64,000 nt of DNA from Octopus sinensis (lineage: Eukaryota), in contig NC_043005.1 in assembly GCF_006345805.1 (NCBI RefSeq), positions 54,808,001-54,872,000 of the forward strand, read 5' to 3'. The translations under genes and the position numbers were made by a program. Shown here one piece after another: positions 50,773-64,000 of the stretch. The notes under the pieces are model-generated. The model did no database searches. It saw only the letters and a list, made by a program, of their open reading frames with translations, and was not told the DNA's origin. Numbering within the stretch: the first letter of the stretch is position 1; every line of letters starts with the position of its first letter.

Positions 50773-51329
50773 CTCCTACACCTGAAAACTATCCATATTT
50801 AGTTCATATATTCTACCTGTTGTATGAAAAAAACTGGCCAGATTTAGCCTCTCACACCTACCCTACAATGTCATTCTAATAACAAATGATCACATCATCA
50901 AAATTTCGAAGGTAGGAGATAATGCAAGATTAATTCAAAACAATGTAAATAAATAAACATTACTGTTTATAGAGCAAAGTAGCCAGTTATAAATTCTCAA
51001 TAAGAGATGAGAGTAGTAACTTTACTGACAAGTAAGGGTAATCTCCACATCAATAAGGCTGTTCAATGTTATTACTGTTTTAACCCCAGGCAGATCTTCC
51101 ACTAATGGGTTACAGGTGCAGCTTGCACTTTGTATATATTGCTTGCAGGGTAGGATGGTGGGGTTCGCTCCCCTGCTTGCAATATATACAGAGTGCAGGC
51201 TGCACCCACAACCAGCTGGCAGTTCTGCCTGAGGTTAAAACAGTAGTAACATCAAACAGCCATACTGATGTGGTGATTAACTTTACTGCTGACTGAGTAA
51301 TATGAATACTAAGGGGTTCTCTCTCTCTC

Positions 51330-51727
51330 TTTACTCTTTTACTTGTTTCACTTGTTTGATTGCGGCCATGCTGGAGCACCGCCTTTAGTCGAGCAAATCG
51401 GCCCCAGAACTTATTCTTTGGAAGCCTGGTACTTATTCTATCAGTCACTTTTGCTGGACCACTTAGTTACGGGACATAAAGCCACCCACCCCCATTGGTT
51501 GTCAAGCGATGTTGGGGGACAAAGACAAACAAACATATACACACACATACATATATATATACATATATACAACGGGTTTCTTTCAGTTTCCGTCTACCAA
51601 ATCCACTCACAAGGCTTTGGTCAACCCAAGGCTATAGTAGAAGACACTTGCCCAAGGTGCCATGCAGTGGGAATGAACCCAGAACCATGTGGTTGGTAAG
51701 CAAGTTACTTACTACACAGACACTCCA
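51330..51727 (-). mobile_element. SINE family A, full length
   Basis: Similarity to other copies. Confidence 0.88.
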
Positions 51728-52859
51728 GGTTTAGCTTCAGAGGGAACAAGGTTTTATTGCATAAAATGAGATTGAGGCAATTGTGTGACATCCATGCATT
51801 TCTGAAACATTGTAAAAGTATCGTTTCAACAGCAGAGTCTATATATGTTTGTTTACTCTACAAGAAATAACAGGTAACTCTCCCTCAAATTACACTCTAC
51901 CATCTTAATAAAAGGAAGTACACATTGAAAAATATGGATATAGAAATATTTCTGAAAAGAAATACGGTGTGATGGCTTTGGTTGGAATGTCTTTGAACTG
52001 GGATGATCATGTCTGGAGTGTTTTTGAACATAGGTCTACTCAACCAGGGCTAGTTTGGGATTTCTACAACAACAGTAAAAACAATCCTAAGAGTTTTGAA
52101 TCAATACGGGAGTTTTCTTACTTCATTGTTCATGGATAAGAATGGCAAGAAATACTGCAAGGAATAATCTTCTAACCTGCTTGAAATAGGAATCAAATCT
52201 CCTTCAAATTACCACGTTGGGCAATATCATCATCACTATCATTAACATCATTTTAACGTCCACTTTTCTAAGTCTGCATGGGTCAGACAAAGTTTGTTTA
52301 GGCGAAGTATTTTTCAGGCAAATGCCCTTCCTGTTACCAGCCTAGAAATGATATTTCTGTGTAAAAAAAAGTGACCTAGAACGGATCAGTTTGATTATCT
52401 CTAAACATAGATTTTGCAAAACAAGAGTTTATCTGGGGACTAAATGAATTCCAGAAACATTGAGCCTTGTAAAAAAAAAACAAAAAAAAAACAACTAGTA
52501 TTATTACATTTCTATTTTCAATGGATAACAATTGTTTGTATATTTTCAAGCAGATATTCTTTGCTATGATTATTTCTCTCCATGCTTATCATTCAGCTGT
52601 GAAATAAGAAGAGAAATACAGTTTTTTTTACTTCATTTACTGAAGAACATAAAATAATGCTTCTTGTTTCAGATAGTAATAAAAAAAAAAGCTGCCAACT
52701 GTATAGTTGTGGGCATAGGTGTGTGGTAAGAGGTTTGCCTTGCAACAATGTAGTTTGGGGTTCAGTCCTATTGTGTGGCACCTTGAACAAGTTTGTTCTA
52801 CTACCAGACTAACCGTAGCATTGTGAGTAAATTTGTTAGAAGAAATCTGAGAGGAGTTC

Positions 52860-52942
<83 letters not shown>

Positions 52943-52978
52943 TTGGTTGATGGAAAGTGAATGTGGCCTGTCAGATAT

Positions 52979-53034
<56 letters not shown>

Positions 53035-53037
<3 letters not shown>

Positions 53038-53450
53038 TGTGGAAGTTGCTGTGTGGTAAATAGCTTGCTTGCCAACCACATGATTCCAGGTTCAGTCCTA
53101 CTGCATGGCATCTTGGGCAAGTGTCTTCTACTATAGCCTCGGGCCGACCAAAACCTTGTGAGTGGATTTCATAGCCACAAACTGAAAGAAGCCCATTGTA
53201 TATATGTATATATATATTTGTATGTGTGTATATGTTTGTGTGTCTGTGTTTGTCCCCACAACATCACTTGACAACTGATGGCGGTGTGTTTACATCCCTG
53301 TAACTAAGTGGTTCGGCAAAAGAGACTGATAGAATAAGTACTGGGCTTACAAAGAATAAGTCCTGAGGGTTGATTTGCTCGACTAAAGGTGGTGCTCCAG
53401 CATGGCCACAGTCAAATGACTGAAACAAGTAAAAGAGAGAGTAAAAGAGT
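53035..53450 (+). mobile_element. SINE family A, full length (older partial copy at 52712-52860)
   Basis: Similarity to other copies. Confidence 0.9.
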
Positions 53451-53457
53451 ATAGATG

Positions 53458-53504
<47 letters not shown>

Positions 53505-53637
53505 ATATATATATGAATATATATATATGTGTGTATGTATATATATATATGTATATATATATACATATATATATACATATATATATGTATATATATGTAT
53601 ATATATATGTATATATGTATATATACATATATATATG

Positions 53638-53671
<34 letters not shown>

Positions 53672-53674
<3 letters not shown>

Positions 53675-53858
53675 CACCTTGACCGACCAGTCCATCAGGC
53701 GTCCATATGACACTGCTGGTCACAGCAGGCTGTGCACTTCTCTCTGGATCGCGCCTTTCTCATCCACGTGATCCCAATCGTCCTCCTGAAATCATAACTC
53801 CACTGTCATGGAGGTCTTCCGGATGGTCGTTTCCGCTCGCGCAGGTACCACTCGACAA
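53672..53858 (-). mobile_element. Second RTE family, ~185-bp 3' end in (TA)n
   Basis: [38 protein letters not shown]; (TA)n on both sides; CpG-rich. Confidence 0.75.
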
Positions 53859-54784
53859 CATATATATATATGTAGGTAGGTAGATAGATACATGAATACA
53901 TACATTCATATGTAGATACATGCATGATATGTATGTATGCATGTACGTATATGTGTTGTATGTATGTACGTACGTATGTATGTACGTATGTATGTATGTA
54001 TATGTGTGTGTGTATGTATATATGTATGTATACATGCATGCATGTATGTATCTATGTGTCTTTGTGTTTGTGCTTGTTCCCTACTACCACTTGACAAACT
54101 AGTGCTAGTTTGTTTTTGTCCCCCATAACTTAACAGTTCAGCATAAGAGACTGATAGAATAAGTATCAAACCTTAAAAAAATAAGTAATGAGGGTAATTC
54201 CTTCAATTAAAACCTTTGAAGGCAATGCCCCAACATGACCACAGCCCAGTGACTGAATCAGTGAAAGATAAAAGGTTAAAGATAACTGCAATACCTTAAA
54301 ACTAAGGAAAATAGTATTCTGTCTCATAAAATACAAAATATTGTTGTATGAAATGAGAGGAAATAGATTATGTGACATTCATGCCTCTCTTAAACACTGA
54401 AAGAGTATTCTTTTCTACTCTAGGCACAAGACCCGAAATTTTGGAGGAAGGGCCAGTCGATTAAATCGACTACAGTACACAACTGAAAGGATGAAAGGCA
54501 AAGTTGACCTTGGCAGAATTTGAACTCAGAACGTAAAGACAGATGAAATAGTGCTGTGCATTTTGCCCAGCATGCTAACGTTTCTGCCAGCTCACTGCCT
54601 TAACACTGAAAGAGTATTGAATCAGCAATTGGATCTCTACAATGTTCATTCATTCTCGCAAGAAAGAGCTGGCACCTTTTCTTCAGATTACAGCCTACCA
54701 TCTTAATAAAAAGAAATACACATCAGTTAATTATAGGGTTTGGTTGGAACATCTTTGGGATATAGCTCTTTGCTCAACCATAAA

Positions 54785-55150
54785 TGGTGGTGGGAGCGAC
54801 AGCGATGGCAGTGGTGGTGGTGGTGGTGGTGGTGGAGGAGGATTTGGTGATGATGGTGGTGATGGTGGTGGCGGTGGTGGCAGTGGTGGTGGTGGTGAAG
54901 GTGGTTTTGGTGGTGGTGGCTGTTGGCGGTGGTGGTGGTGGTGGTGGTGGTGGTGGTGGTGGTGGTTTTGGTGGTGGTGGTGGTGGTGGTGGTGGTGGTG
55001 GTGGTTGTGGTGGTGGTGGTGTTGGTGTTGGTAGTAGTCATGGTTTTGGTGGTGGTGGTGGAGGTGGTGGTGGTATTGGCGAGGTTAGTGGTGTTGGTGG
55101 TAGTGTTAGTGAATCAAAACAACAACAACAACAACAACAACAGCAACAAT
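54785..55150. repeat. (GGT)n array followed by (CAA)n
   Basis: Directly visible. Confidence 0.95.
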
Positions 55151-55860
55151 ATACAAAATCATAGTCTACTTACAAAAAAAAAAAAAGCAAAAAATTGCTC
55201 TCATTTTTGTTTTTCATGGATAGCATTTGTTGTACATGTTGGAAGCAGACATTTTTGCCAGTGGGTGTTTCTCTTAACTCTTACTATTCACCTGTGAAAT
55301 AAGAAGAGAGATTCCCATTTTTCTGCTTCATTAAACTAAAGAAAAGAAAATATTGTTTCTTGCTTCGAAGAGATACAAAAATGCAAAAAAGAAAACTACT
55401 GCCAACTGCAGTAGTTTGAGTAAGAGATGAAGTCAGTCTCAGAAAATACAAGACAATACATTGTATGAAATAAAATTGATGTGACTATGTGACATGCATG
55501 CCTTTCCGAAATGTTGTAACTGTATCAAACTACTAGTAGAGTCGCCATGTGTTTGTTGGATCGGCTAAAAAGAGCAGTCAAATTTTCCTCAAATTGTACC
55601 TTACCACCTTAAAAAGTGGGATGCATTAGGTGACATGATTCCTGAAGGGTTACCTCCTTATGTAGGAAAAGACAGTGTGGGTTATAACTGGAACATCACC
55701 TTTGATTGTAGGCTTGCTTGATCAGAGATGACAGAGGGTTAAACAACAACAGCAACAATATCAGCAACAAAAACAGTTCTTTGAGTGTCAAGCCAATATG
55801 TGGTTCTTTGATCAGCAAAATATAGCAGCCACGTCTCCCTCAAATTACATCTACTACCTT

Positions 55861-56890
55861 AAACCTTTTGTTGCGAAATCTCTTTTGAAATATATTGCCT
55901 TTATTTCAATTAATTTGAAAATTATGAAGAATTTAGTAAAATATCTTAGTCATAATTCAGCTGGCATATGAAATATAAATTAGCCTCGAAATCTTGGGAT
56001 AAGGACAGAAAGCTCAGGAGAGAGGGTAAGTTGATTGTGTCGACCTCAATGCTCAACTGGTACTTATTTTGTTGACCCTGAAAAGATGAAAGGTAATGTT
56101 GACCTCGGTAACATTTGAACTCAGAACATAAAGACATGAAATGCCACTAAGCATTTTGCCTAATGTGCAAGCCATTCTTATTTCTTTATTGCCCACAAGG
56201 GGCTAAACATAGAGGGGACAAACAAGGACAGACAAACGGATTAAGTCGATTACATCGACCCCAGTGCATAACTGGTACTTAATTTATCAACCCTAAAAAG
56301 ATGAAAGGCAAAGTTGACCTCGGCGGACTTTGAACTCAGAGCACAAAGACAGATGAAATACCTATTTCTTTACTACCCACAAGGGGCTAAACACAGAGAG
56401 GACAAACAAGGACAGACAAACGGATTAAGTCGATTACATCGACCCCAGTGCATAACTGGTACTTAATTTATCGACCCCGAAAAGATGAAAGGCAAAGTTG
56501 ACCTCGGCGGACTTTGAACTCAGAGCATAAAAACAGATGAAATACCTATTTCTTTACTACCCACAAGGGGCTAAACACAGAGAGGACAAACAAGGACAGA
56601 CAAATGGATTAAGTCGATTATATCAACCCCAGTGCATAACTGGTACTTATTTAATCAACCCCAAAAGGATGAAAGGCAAAGTTGACCTCGGCAGAATTTG
56701 AATTCAGAATGTAGCAGCAGACAAAATACCGTTAAGCATTTCGCCCAGCGTGCTAACAATTCTGCCAGCTCACCACTTTTGTATATAACTTAGCATGAAA
56801 TTTTAATGGAAGGTTTCAATTTAGATCGCTTGAAAACAGGAAATTTCTGTCACAGAGCCAGGGTCTCAGGTATGTCTCAAAAGGGCTAAA
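55861..56890 (+). mobile_element. piggyBac-type MITE split by a SINE B array
   Basis: Left part 55861-55984 and right part 56783-56890 are collinear with the related copy at 57285-57500; ends AAAAGGGCTAA. Confidence 0.55.
55985..56775 (-). mobile_element. SINE family B tandem array: three 184-bp units plus one diverged unit
   Basis: CCACAAGG at 56193, 56377 and 56561 (period 184). Confidence 0.9.
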
Positions 56891-57004
56891 AAGGAATGTG
56901 ATATACTTCTGACTAGCTTCTCTACTCAGCAGAAAAGTAAAAAATGGGATGGTCATGGTTGGAATGCCTTTTATTCTAAGACTGCTGAATCTGAGCTGAC
57001 ATAA

Positions 57005-57217
57005 GTTACTGTATTTATTTTGAGATGCTCTGTGTTTCTTTCAATTGCTTTAAATATAACAAAGAATTTAGTAAAATAACTTAGTTATTATTAAGTTAGT
57101 GTTAGGAACATAAATTGTGATTAAGTTTCGGTAGAAGATTTTAATTAAAAACTTATGGAAACAAGACATTTGTACTCAGAGCCAGAGCTGGTTTCAGCCG
57201 GGTTGGTAACAAAAGGG
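57005..57217. mobile_element. piggyBac-type MITE (second subfamily); another at 57285-57500
   Basis: Ends AAAAGGG|TTAA (57218-57221). Confidence 0.6.
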
Positions 57218-57775
57218 TTAAGTGTGTTGAGCTAACAAGAGAGTTTCTGTGTGTTTGTTTGATCTGCCATAAATGATAACCAAATCTGTCTTAACTATTT
57301 TGTAACTATATTCATGTTGAAATTCTTCATTTATTTCAATTACTTTTGAAAGTGATGAAAAATTTATTAAACTGGTATTTGGAACCTAAATTAATGTGGA
57401 ATTATAATAGAAGATTTTAAGTTAGATCGCTTTAAAAGAGAAATAGTGTATCATAAAACCAGGCTGCTCTGGAGCATGTTGATATCAAAAGGGTCAAACC
57501 AGCGTCAACCATTTTAGAAAGGGAAAAGACACATTGTATACAAAATGAAAGGTTGGTCATAGATGCACATGATCAGGGCTGACCTAGGGCTAAATAACAA
57601 CAGCAACACCAGGGCAAATTTAACAATGTAAATGCATTCTCATAATCAATACTTCTCTTCACACACTTGTGAAAATGTGAATATTTCTCTGTGTGTGTGT
57701 GTGTGTATACCTGTATGTATGTGTATGTATGTATGTATGTATGTATGTATGTATGTATGTATGTATGTATGTATG

Positions 57776-57844
<69 letters not shown>

Positions 57845-57849
57845 CATAC

Positions 57850-57905
<56 letters not shown>

Positions 57906-59552
57906 GTATATGTATGTATGAATGTATATCAAAGAACCATGAAATAGCCTCTACTACAGAAATGCATGGAAATTGGAAAGGACTTGCTAAGCAGTAAATG
58001 CTTTATTCATTGCCGTTATAATAAATAGATTAACATGTTCTATTATTTGTGAAAAGATGAGTATTCTTCTGCTATTTATGACAGCCTCTTGCCACGTTAG
58101 AGCAATCAGTGGATAACCTATAATAAAAGCTACAGATATATAATATAAAGTGAGATGGCCAATTTGATGGCCACTATTTAGTGGGAAATTGCTGTCTAGT
58201 AGTGAATAAATGAATAATGAAATTATTGTGTTCCATCTATGCCACATTCAGTGAATGCGGAGCATTGATCTCTCACAGAAGAGATTAGAAATTGCAAGGC
58301 TATATTTTCAAAGGTGTGGACGAAACATTTCAGTGTTTTGATAGGATTCATGATTAAAACATAATTTAAAATAGCAGAGGATATTTTTCCATTTAATACC
58401 TTGTTTTATATTCTCTGCTATCTTCAATGGAACTCTTTCGAAGATAGAAAATATGAAATGATAGCAGGGAAAAAAATAGATAATACAAAAAAAAAATGTG
58501 AAAAAAAACTATTTGTGTTACACTTTGTCGATAAAGTGAAACTGATCCTTGTACTTGCATTTAATTGCCTTCAATGATCCACTGATTGAAAAAAGAGAAT
58601 ATGATATGTGTCTATAAAAGCAATGATAAAGCCAACCTTAACACACGTGAAATCTTAGAATTTAGTCAATCATTAGCAAGAAGCCATATATTGTTCAAGT
58701 TGTAATGCAATAGAAAAAAAAAACAGAAATAATAAAAACCACTTACAAAATAGAAAACATTCTCAAAGAACTTCTATAGAAACAGGAATCACCACAGGAG
58801 ATTGTAGAGTCAAAGACAACTAACTAATCAATTAAAAAATGAATTTGATAAATATTGGAAGGATATTGAATTTGAAACACCTTTCACATATGTTTTTTTT
58901 TTTAATCTACCGATTTTAAATGAATCAGATTTTATTGGCTTTTGTGTCTGAACAGTAGAAAAAACATTAAACTGAAAAGTGTGATTAAGAATGGTGCATA
59001 TCAAGTGAAAGAAATGCTTACCTGTCTCTTTCATCTGGATTAAATATTAATATAACCTATTAGCTTTATTTTACATACATGCATAATTAATATAAATTAG
59101 ATTACCCTCCCATGTTTTGTTTTCTTTCTAAGAAACATTTTTATTTAGATTATATGTTGTAGATTTAAAATAATATTTCACAAAGTCAGTAAGAAACAAA
59201 GTAATGAAAGAAGGTTATAGAAAAAAAAAATCAATTTTGAATGCAACACAGATTAGCACAACATAAATAAGTTGGTAGCAGCATGTACAACATTTGGTCA
59301 AATTAAGAAACCAAGAAACATGTATATAAATAAATTACAGAAACATTGCCAGAATTCATCGTCTGTTATGCTTTGGTATTCAACAGAACAAACCTAAATA
59401 TTCATACCAGTACTGTGTGTGTAAATTAAATAAAATTAATTAACTACATGTTTATACAACTTCATTGAGAAGAGTAAGGCAAACAGTCGCTGATGAAATC
59501 ATAATTGAAATGGAAACTACAGTGCAGTCTGTATCTCTTTTTCTGTCCACAG

Positions 59553-59604
<52 letters not shown>

Positions 59605-60826
59605 TTAACATCTGTCTTCCATGCTGGCATGAGTTGGACAGTGTGACAGTTGCTGGCCAGACAGAAGACTGCACTGGGCTTCTATGTCTGTTTTGCCATG
59701 GTTTTTATGGTTTTTACAACAGTGAAGTAGTATAAACGAAGACAGTCCCTTACAACTAACTGATATGTTTAATTAGCTTCGATTAGATTACACGTGCAGT
59801 ACTGGCCCAAATCTGTGAGCTTATACCCATTCTGCCACAGTTTTATACCAACTCCATAACTGCATTGGGCTGTGATTCCCAACTCTTTCTAAGCCCTGCA
59901 TTTCCAGCAAATTGTTGATGAATTCACACACTCTACAAAGGTAAAATTATATATGAAAGTGAAAAAGTTAATTTTCTAATGATAATTCTTTTTTAAAATT
60001 AAGCCATGTCTACAATATTGTAAACAAGAATAAGAATGCATTTGCTGATATTGTGACCTCAAAACCAGTAACTTTCTTCACAAAAGACTACATAAAATTA
60101 CTTTAATATATACATTATAATCTTTATCATCATCATCACCAATAGGATCATCTTCAAACTAATGAAATATTCTCTGTATGGTCATTCAGCTTGCTTGAAT
60201 TAGCAGCCAAATCTCCCTCAACTAACACCCTATTGTCTTCCAATGGAAGGTACAGAACACATTGGCTAATATAATCCTAAAAACGCTCTAGAAAGATGAA
60301 TTGGTAATAGCTGGAATATTTCTCATGCCTTTGATTATAGATCTGTTCAGACAAGGTCAGCATGTTGCAAAACAACAGTTTTGTCATTTTCATAGTCATC
60401 TTTATTGTTGTTTTGATGTTGTTATTGTTGTTGTTGTTGTCATTATCATTGACATCAGCATCATGATCATCACTTTTATGGCAGGCTGTTAGGGCATCAT
60501 GAAAGCCTATCAGATGAGTATTCTCAACTCCTTCTAGATTTCTGTTGTCCTCTGAGAGCTGCTGACACCTACAGCTGTCCCCATTCATTCATTTTATCTT
60601 CCCATCAATTCTACTGTTTGCTTGTCCTTGCTTTTTGCCAAACCTGTTCCATGCAGAACAACGTTAATTACACCTTCACCTGATATCCAAACATATCCAG
60701 AATAAACAATATCAGATTGAGAAACAGTAAGACACCAAATCAATGACAGGGCTTCAATGTGATCATTTAATCCTAATAGAAAGAAAAGTGAAATCACTTT
60801 CAAATCAGGTCTGGCAGTATCAACAT

Positions 60827-60829
<3 letters not shown>

Positions 60830-60881
<52 letters not shown>

Positions 60882-61175
60882 GTTTAACGTCTGCTTTCCA
60901 TGCTAGCATGGGTTGGACGAATGACTGAGAGCTGGCGAACCTGATGGCTGCACCAGGCTTCAATCTTGATCTGGCAGAGTTTCTGCAGCTGAATGCCCTT
61001 CCTAATGCCAACCACTCTGAGAGTGTAGTGGGTGCTTTTACGTGCCACCGGCATGGGGCCAGTCAGGCGGTACTGGCAACGACCTCGCTCAAATCTTTTA
61101 CACATGCCACCGGCACAGGTGCCAGTAAGGTGATGCTGGTAACAATCACACTCGAATGGTCTTTTACGTGCCAGA
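60830..61175 (-). mobile_element. RTE 3'UTR fragment with (GAT)n tail (older remnant at 59552-59700)
   Basis: Close similarity to 7507-7870. Confidence 0.88.
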
Positions 61176-61262
61176 AGTAAAAAGATTGAAAAATAATACA
61201 ACTTTTCAGCTGCTATTCTTTGTTTGTTTTTCTTTTGTTTTTAAATGAAAATTCTAGTTTAA

Positions 61263-61482
61263 CCTTTTAGCATTCAGGTTATTCTGTCAAATGTATGGAT
61301 TACTTATTCACATTGTTTTGAACTGATCATGCATTATCTCATAGCTTCAAAATTTCAATAATGTGCTTGTATATTTCTAGAATGACATTGTAGGGTAGGT
61401 GTGAGAAGCTGGATATGACCAGATTGAACCTAAAGCAGGAGGAATATTTGGGCCTGAGAAAGCCAGTTTAGATGCTAAAGAG
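61263..61482. mobile_element. piggyBac-type MITE with TTAA TSD on both sides
   Basis: TTAA|CCTTTTAGCAT ... ATGCTAAAGAG|TTAA. Confidence 0.75.
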
Positions 61483-61745
61483 TTAAGACAATTTTGAGTA
61501 ATTCTTTTTCTATAAATATGAAAATTATATTTTGATATAATTCCCAATCAGTTTGAATAGTTGCCTTCAGTACTATAGATAATACGAGACACTGTCAAAA
61601 TTGATATTTTTTTATACTTAAAAACCTTATATTTTGACAAAAAATACATTTGCTTTTTGAAGTACCTAAAGGAACAGCTAGAGGAAATTAAAAAAAGATC
61701 TTTATTGCCTGGAATATTATACAAATATATCAAATAATTTATTGT

Positions 61746-62088
61746 CAGAAATATGGCACAAATATATTCAATGGCTTTAGTGCAAGGAATGTGAGACAAA
61801 TATATTCAATGACTTTATTGTAAGGAATGTAGCAGAAACATATCCAAAGACTTTACTTCAAAGAACATGGGACAAATATATTCAAAGACATTATTGTCAA
61901 TATTGTGAAAGAAGCATATCAAAAGACATTAGTGAGGAATGTGAGATAAATATATTCAAACACTTTTTTTTTAGAGTTGTGACACAAACATATCCAAAGA
62001 TTTTACTGTAAGGAATATGAGACAAATCTAATGAAAGACTTTAATGACAGGAATGTGACACAAATGTATCCAAACATGTATTTTGTAA
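61746..62088. repeat. Degenerate 38-bp minisatellite, ~9 units, alternating A/B variants
   Basis: Consensus AGGAATGTGAGACAAATATATTCAAAGACTTTATTGTA. Confidence 0.8.
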
Positions 62089-62094
62089 CAAGAC

Positions 62095-62385
62095 CATCAT
62101 CATCACCCTCATCATCTTCATCATCATAATCATCATTTTCATCATTATCGTCATTTTCGTTGTCATCATCATCATCACCATCATCGTCATCATCATCCTC
62201 ACCATTATCCTCCTCATCATCATCACCAACCTCATCATCATCACCATCCTCATCATCATCATAATCATCTTCATCCTCATCCTCACCTTTATCATCATCA
62301 TTTTCATCATTGTCATCATCATTATCATCATTTTCATCATCCTCACAATCATCCTCATCATCATCCTCTTCATCACCAACCGGTA
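62095..62385. repeat. Degenerate (CAT)n array
   Basis: Directly visible. Confidence 0.95.
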
Positions 62386-62389
62386 CTTC

Positions 62390-62910
62390 TTTTATCAACC
62401 CCCAAAAGGATAAAATGAATAGCTGACCTCAGTAGAATTTGAACACAGAATGTAAAGACAGACACAATACCTATTTCTTTACTACCCACAAGGGGCTAAA
62501 CACAGAGAGGATAAACAAGGACAGACAAACGGATTAAGTCGATTATATCGACACCAGTGTGTAATTGGTACTTATTTAATCGACCACGAGGATGAAAGGT
62601 AAAATCAACCGCGACGGAATTTGAACTCAGAACGTAGCGGCAGACGAAATACCGCTAAGCATTTTCTCTGGCATGATAATCATTCTGACGGCTTGCCACC
62701 TTCGTAAATCAAGTATAATGCTGGTTTCAAATTTTGATACAAGGCCAGAAATTTAGGGGGTTGGTTAGTCAATTACAGCTGCTACTTATTTTATCAACCC
62801 CAAAGGCAAAGTCGACCTCAGCAGAATTTGAACTCACAATGTAAAGATGGACGAAATACCACTCAGCATTTTGCCCAGCATGCTAATGATTCTGCTAGCT
62901 CACCACCTTC
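62390..62910 (-). mobile_element. SINE family B dimer plus an older monomer
   Basis: Junction at 62470/62471 identical in type to the other dimers. Confidence 0.85.
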
Positions 62911-63413
62911 ATACACCAAGTATAATATTGCTAGAACTTATTTTTAATGAGCATTAATTAATGTGCAAAGACAACCCTAATATAAGCCATGTTGCAAATG
63001 TTTGTGATATGATTTGTCTAAGAAAGTTAATTGCACTAGAATTCCCTTCTGCAGTTTAGTCCTCAAATCCTACAACTATTTCAGTTTTCCAGATGTTAGA
63101 TGACATTTTTTTAATTTCCATGAAAGAATTGTTCCAATTTATATTTATGACAGTTGTAATTTCTATAAAAGGATTATCCCAATTTCCATGAAACAATCGT
63201 CTCTAATTTACAAGCAAATCTATGTCAGCTCTCTTAGGAGATTCCATGGGGCCGATATATTTAATAATTCTTCAAAATGTTCTGTTCATTTTTGTGTTCA
63301 GATGATTCAGTTTCTTTTTTTTTTCTTATTTTTTGCTAGTGATAATCATTTTCTTGTCTTCTGTTGTTTCTTTCTTTTTTTCCCCCATTCTATATATTTA
63401 CCTGAAAGCTTCT

Positions 63414-63471
<58 letters not shown>

Positions 63472-64000
63472 ATGTATGTAATTTTTTTTTTTTAGCTGTC
63501 TAGTAAAAATTGTTCCTGATATTATATTTTCCATCTTCTAGAAAGCTGTTAATGCAATTTCTGTAGCCAACTTAAAGATTCCTCTTTACTAATCTAACAG
63601 TTATTTTGTATTACATTTTTGTCAGCCTTCTGCTACATTTGTTCAAATATTCATCGTTGCTTTCTTATCTTTTTTTTCACTTCTCTTTGCTGTCAAATCA
63701 ACCATGTTTGTGTAGACTCTTTTATTCTTACATTATTCTATACTCACTGAATGCGCCCATGCTGGGACAGCGCTACCTTTAAAGATATCGACTCCAATAC
63801 ATAATTTAGTCTGTCCTCATCTGGGCTAGTCTAACCTGGTCTTGTGTGGTTAAGTTATTACTTTATCAATCTCCATTTATTGAATGACAACGTTTAACAT
63901 TTTCAGCCACGTGATTCCAGCTTCACTCCCACTGCATGATACCTTGAGCAAAGAGTGTCTTTTGTTATCAACCTAGGCCAACCAAAGAATTGTGAGTAGA

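Noticed and set aside
59022-59034. Minus-strand 13-nt microexon candidate (tttaatccAG|ATGAAAGAGACAG|GTAAGC)
   Set aside because: Good donor, but weak pyrimidine tract, not 3n, and opposite to the plus-strand candidates; within chance expectation.
61746-62088. CRISPR-like periodicity
   Set aside because: Contiguous degenerate units without spacers, no cas genes, and a eukaryotic context.

Overview
AT-rich eukaryotic non-coding DNA with no intact host protein-coding gene. The repeat content (dense (TA)n/(TG)n/(CAT)n/(TAA)n/(GATA)n microsatellites, several tRNA-headed SINE families, RTE, CR1, Tx1, R4-like and Penelope retroelements, and mariner/Tc1/hAT/piggyBac/Helitron remnants) resembles an octopus or other coleoid cephalopod intron or intergenic region; this is inferred from repeat recognition, not a database search. 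Highlights: (1) a ~4.9 kb near-perfect palindrome of two head-to-head, 5'-truncated Neptune-type Penelope-like elements (RT + GIY-YIG), each arm carrying a minimal type I hammerhead ribozyme with a rare U3-A8 core pair; two more hammerhead-bearing remnants lie elsewhere. (2) Two copies of a Tx1/L1-clade LINE, both inserted in (TATC)n. (3) R4/Dong-like fragments in (TAA)n and RTE 3' ends abutting (TA)n, so several retroelement classes appear to partition microsatellite targets, often seeded inside one SINE family. (4) A locally duplicated ~290 bp block containing candidate 15/18-nt plus-strand microexons. Many frameshifts in young elements look like long-read indel errors. Coordinates were read by eye, and element boundaries are approximate unless given to the base.
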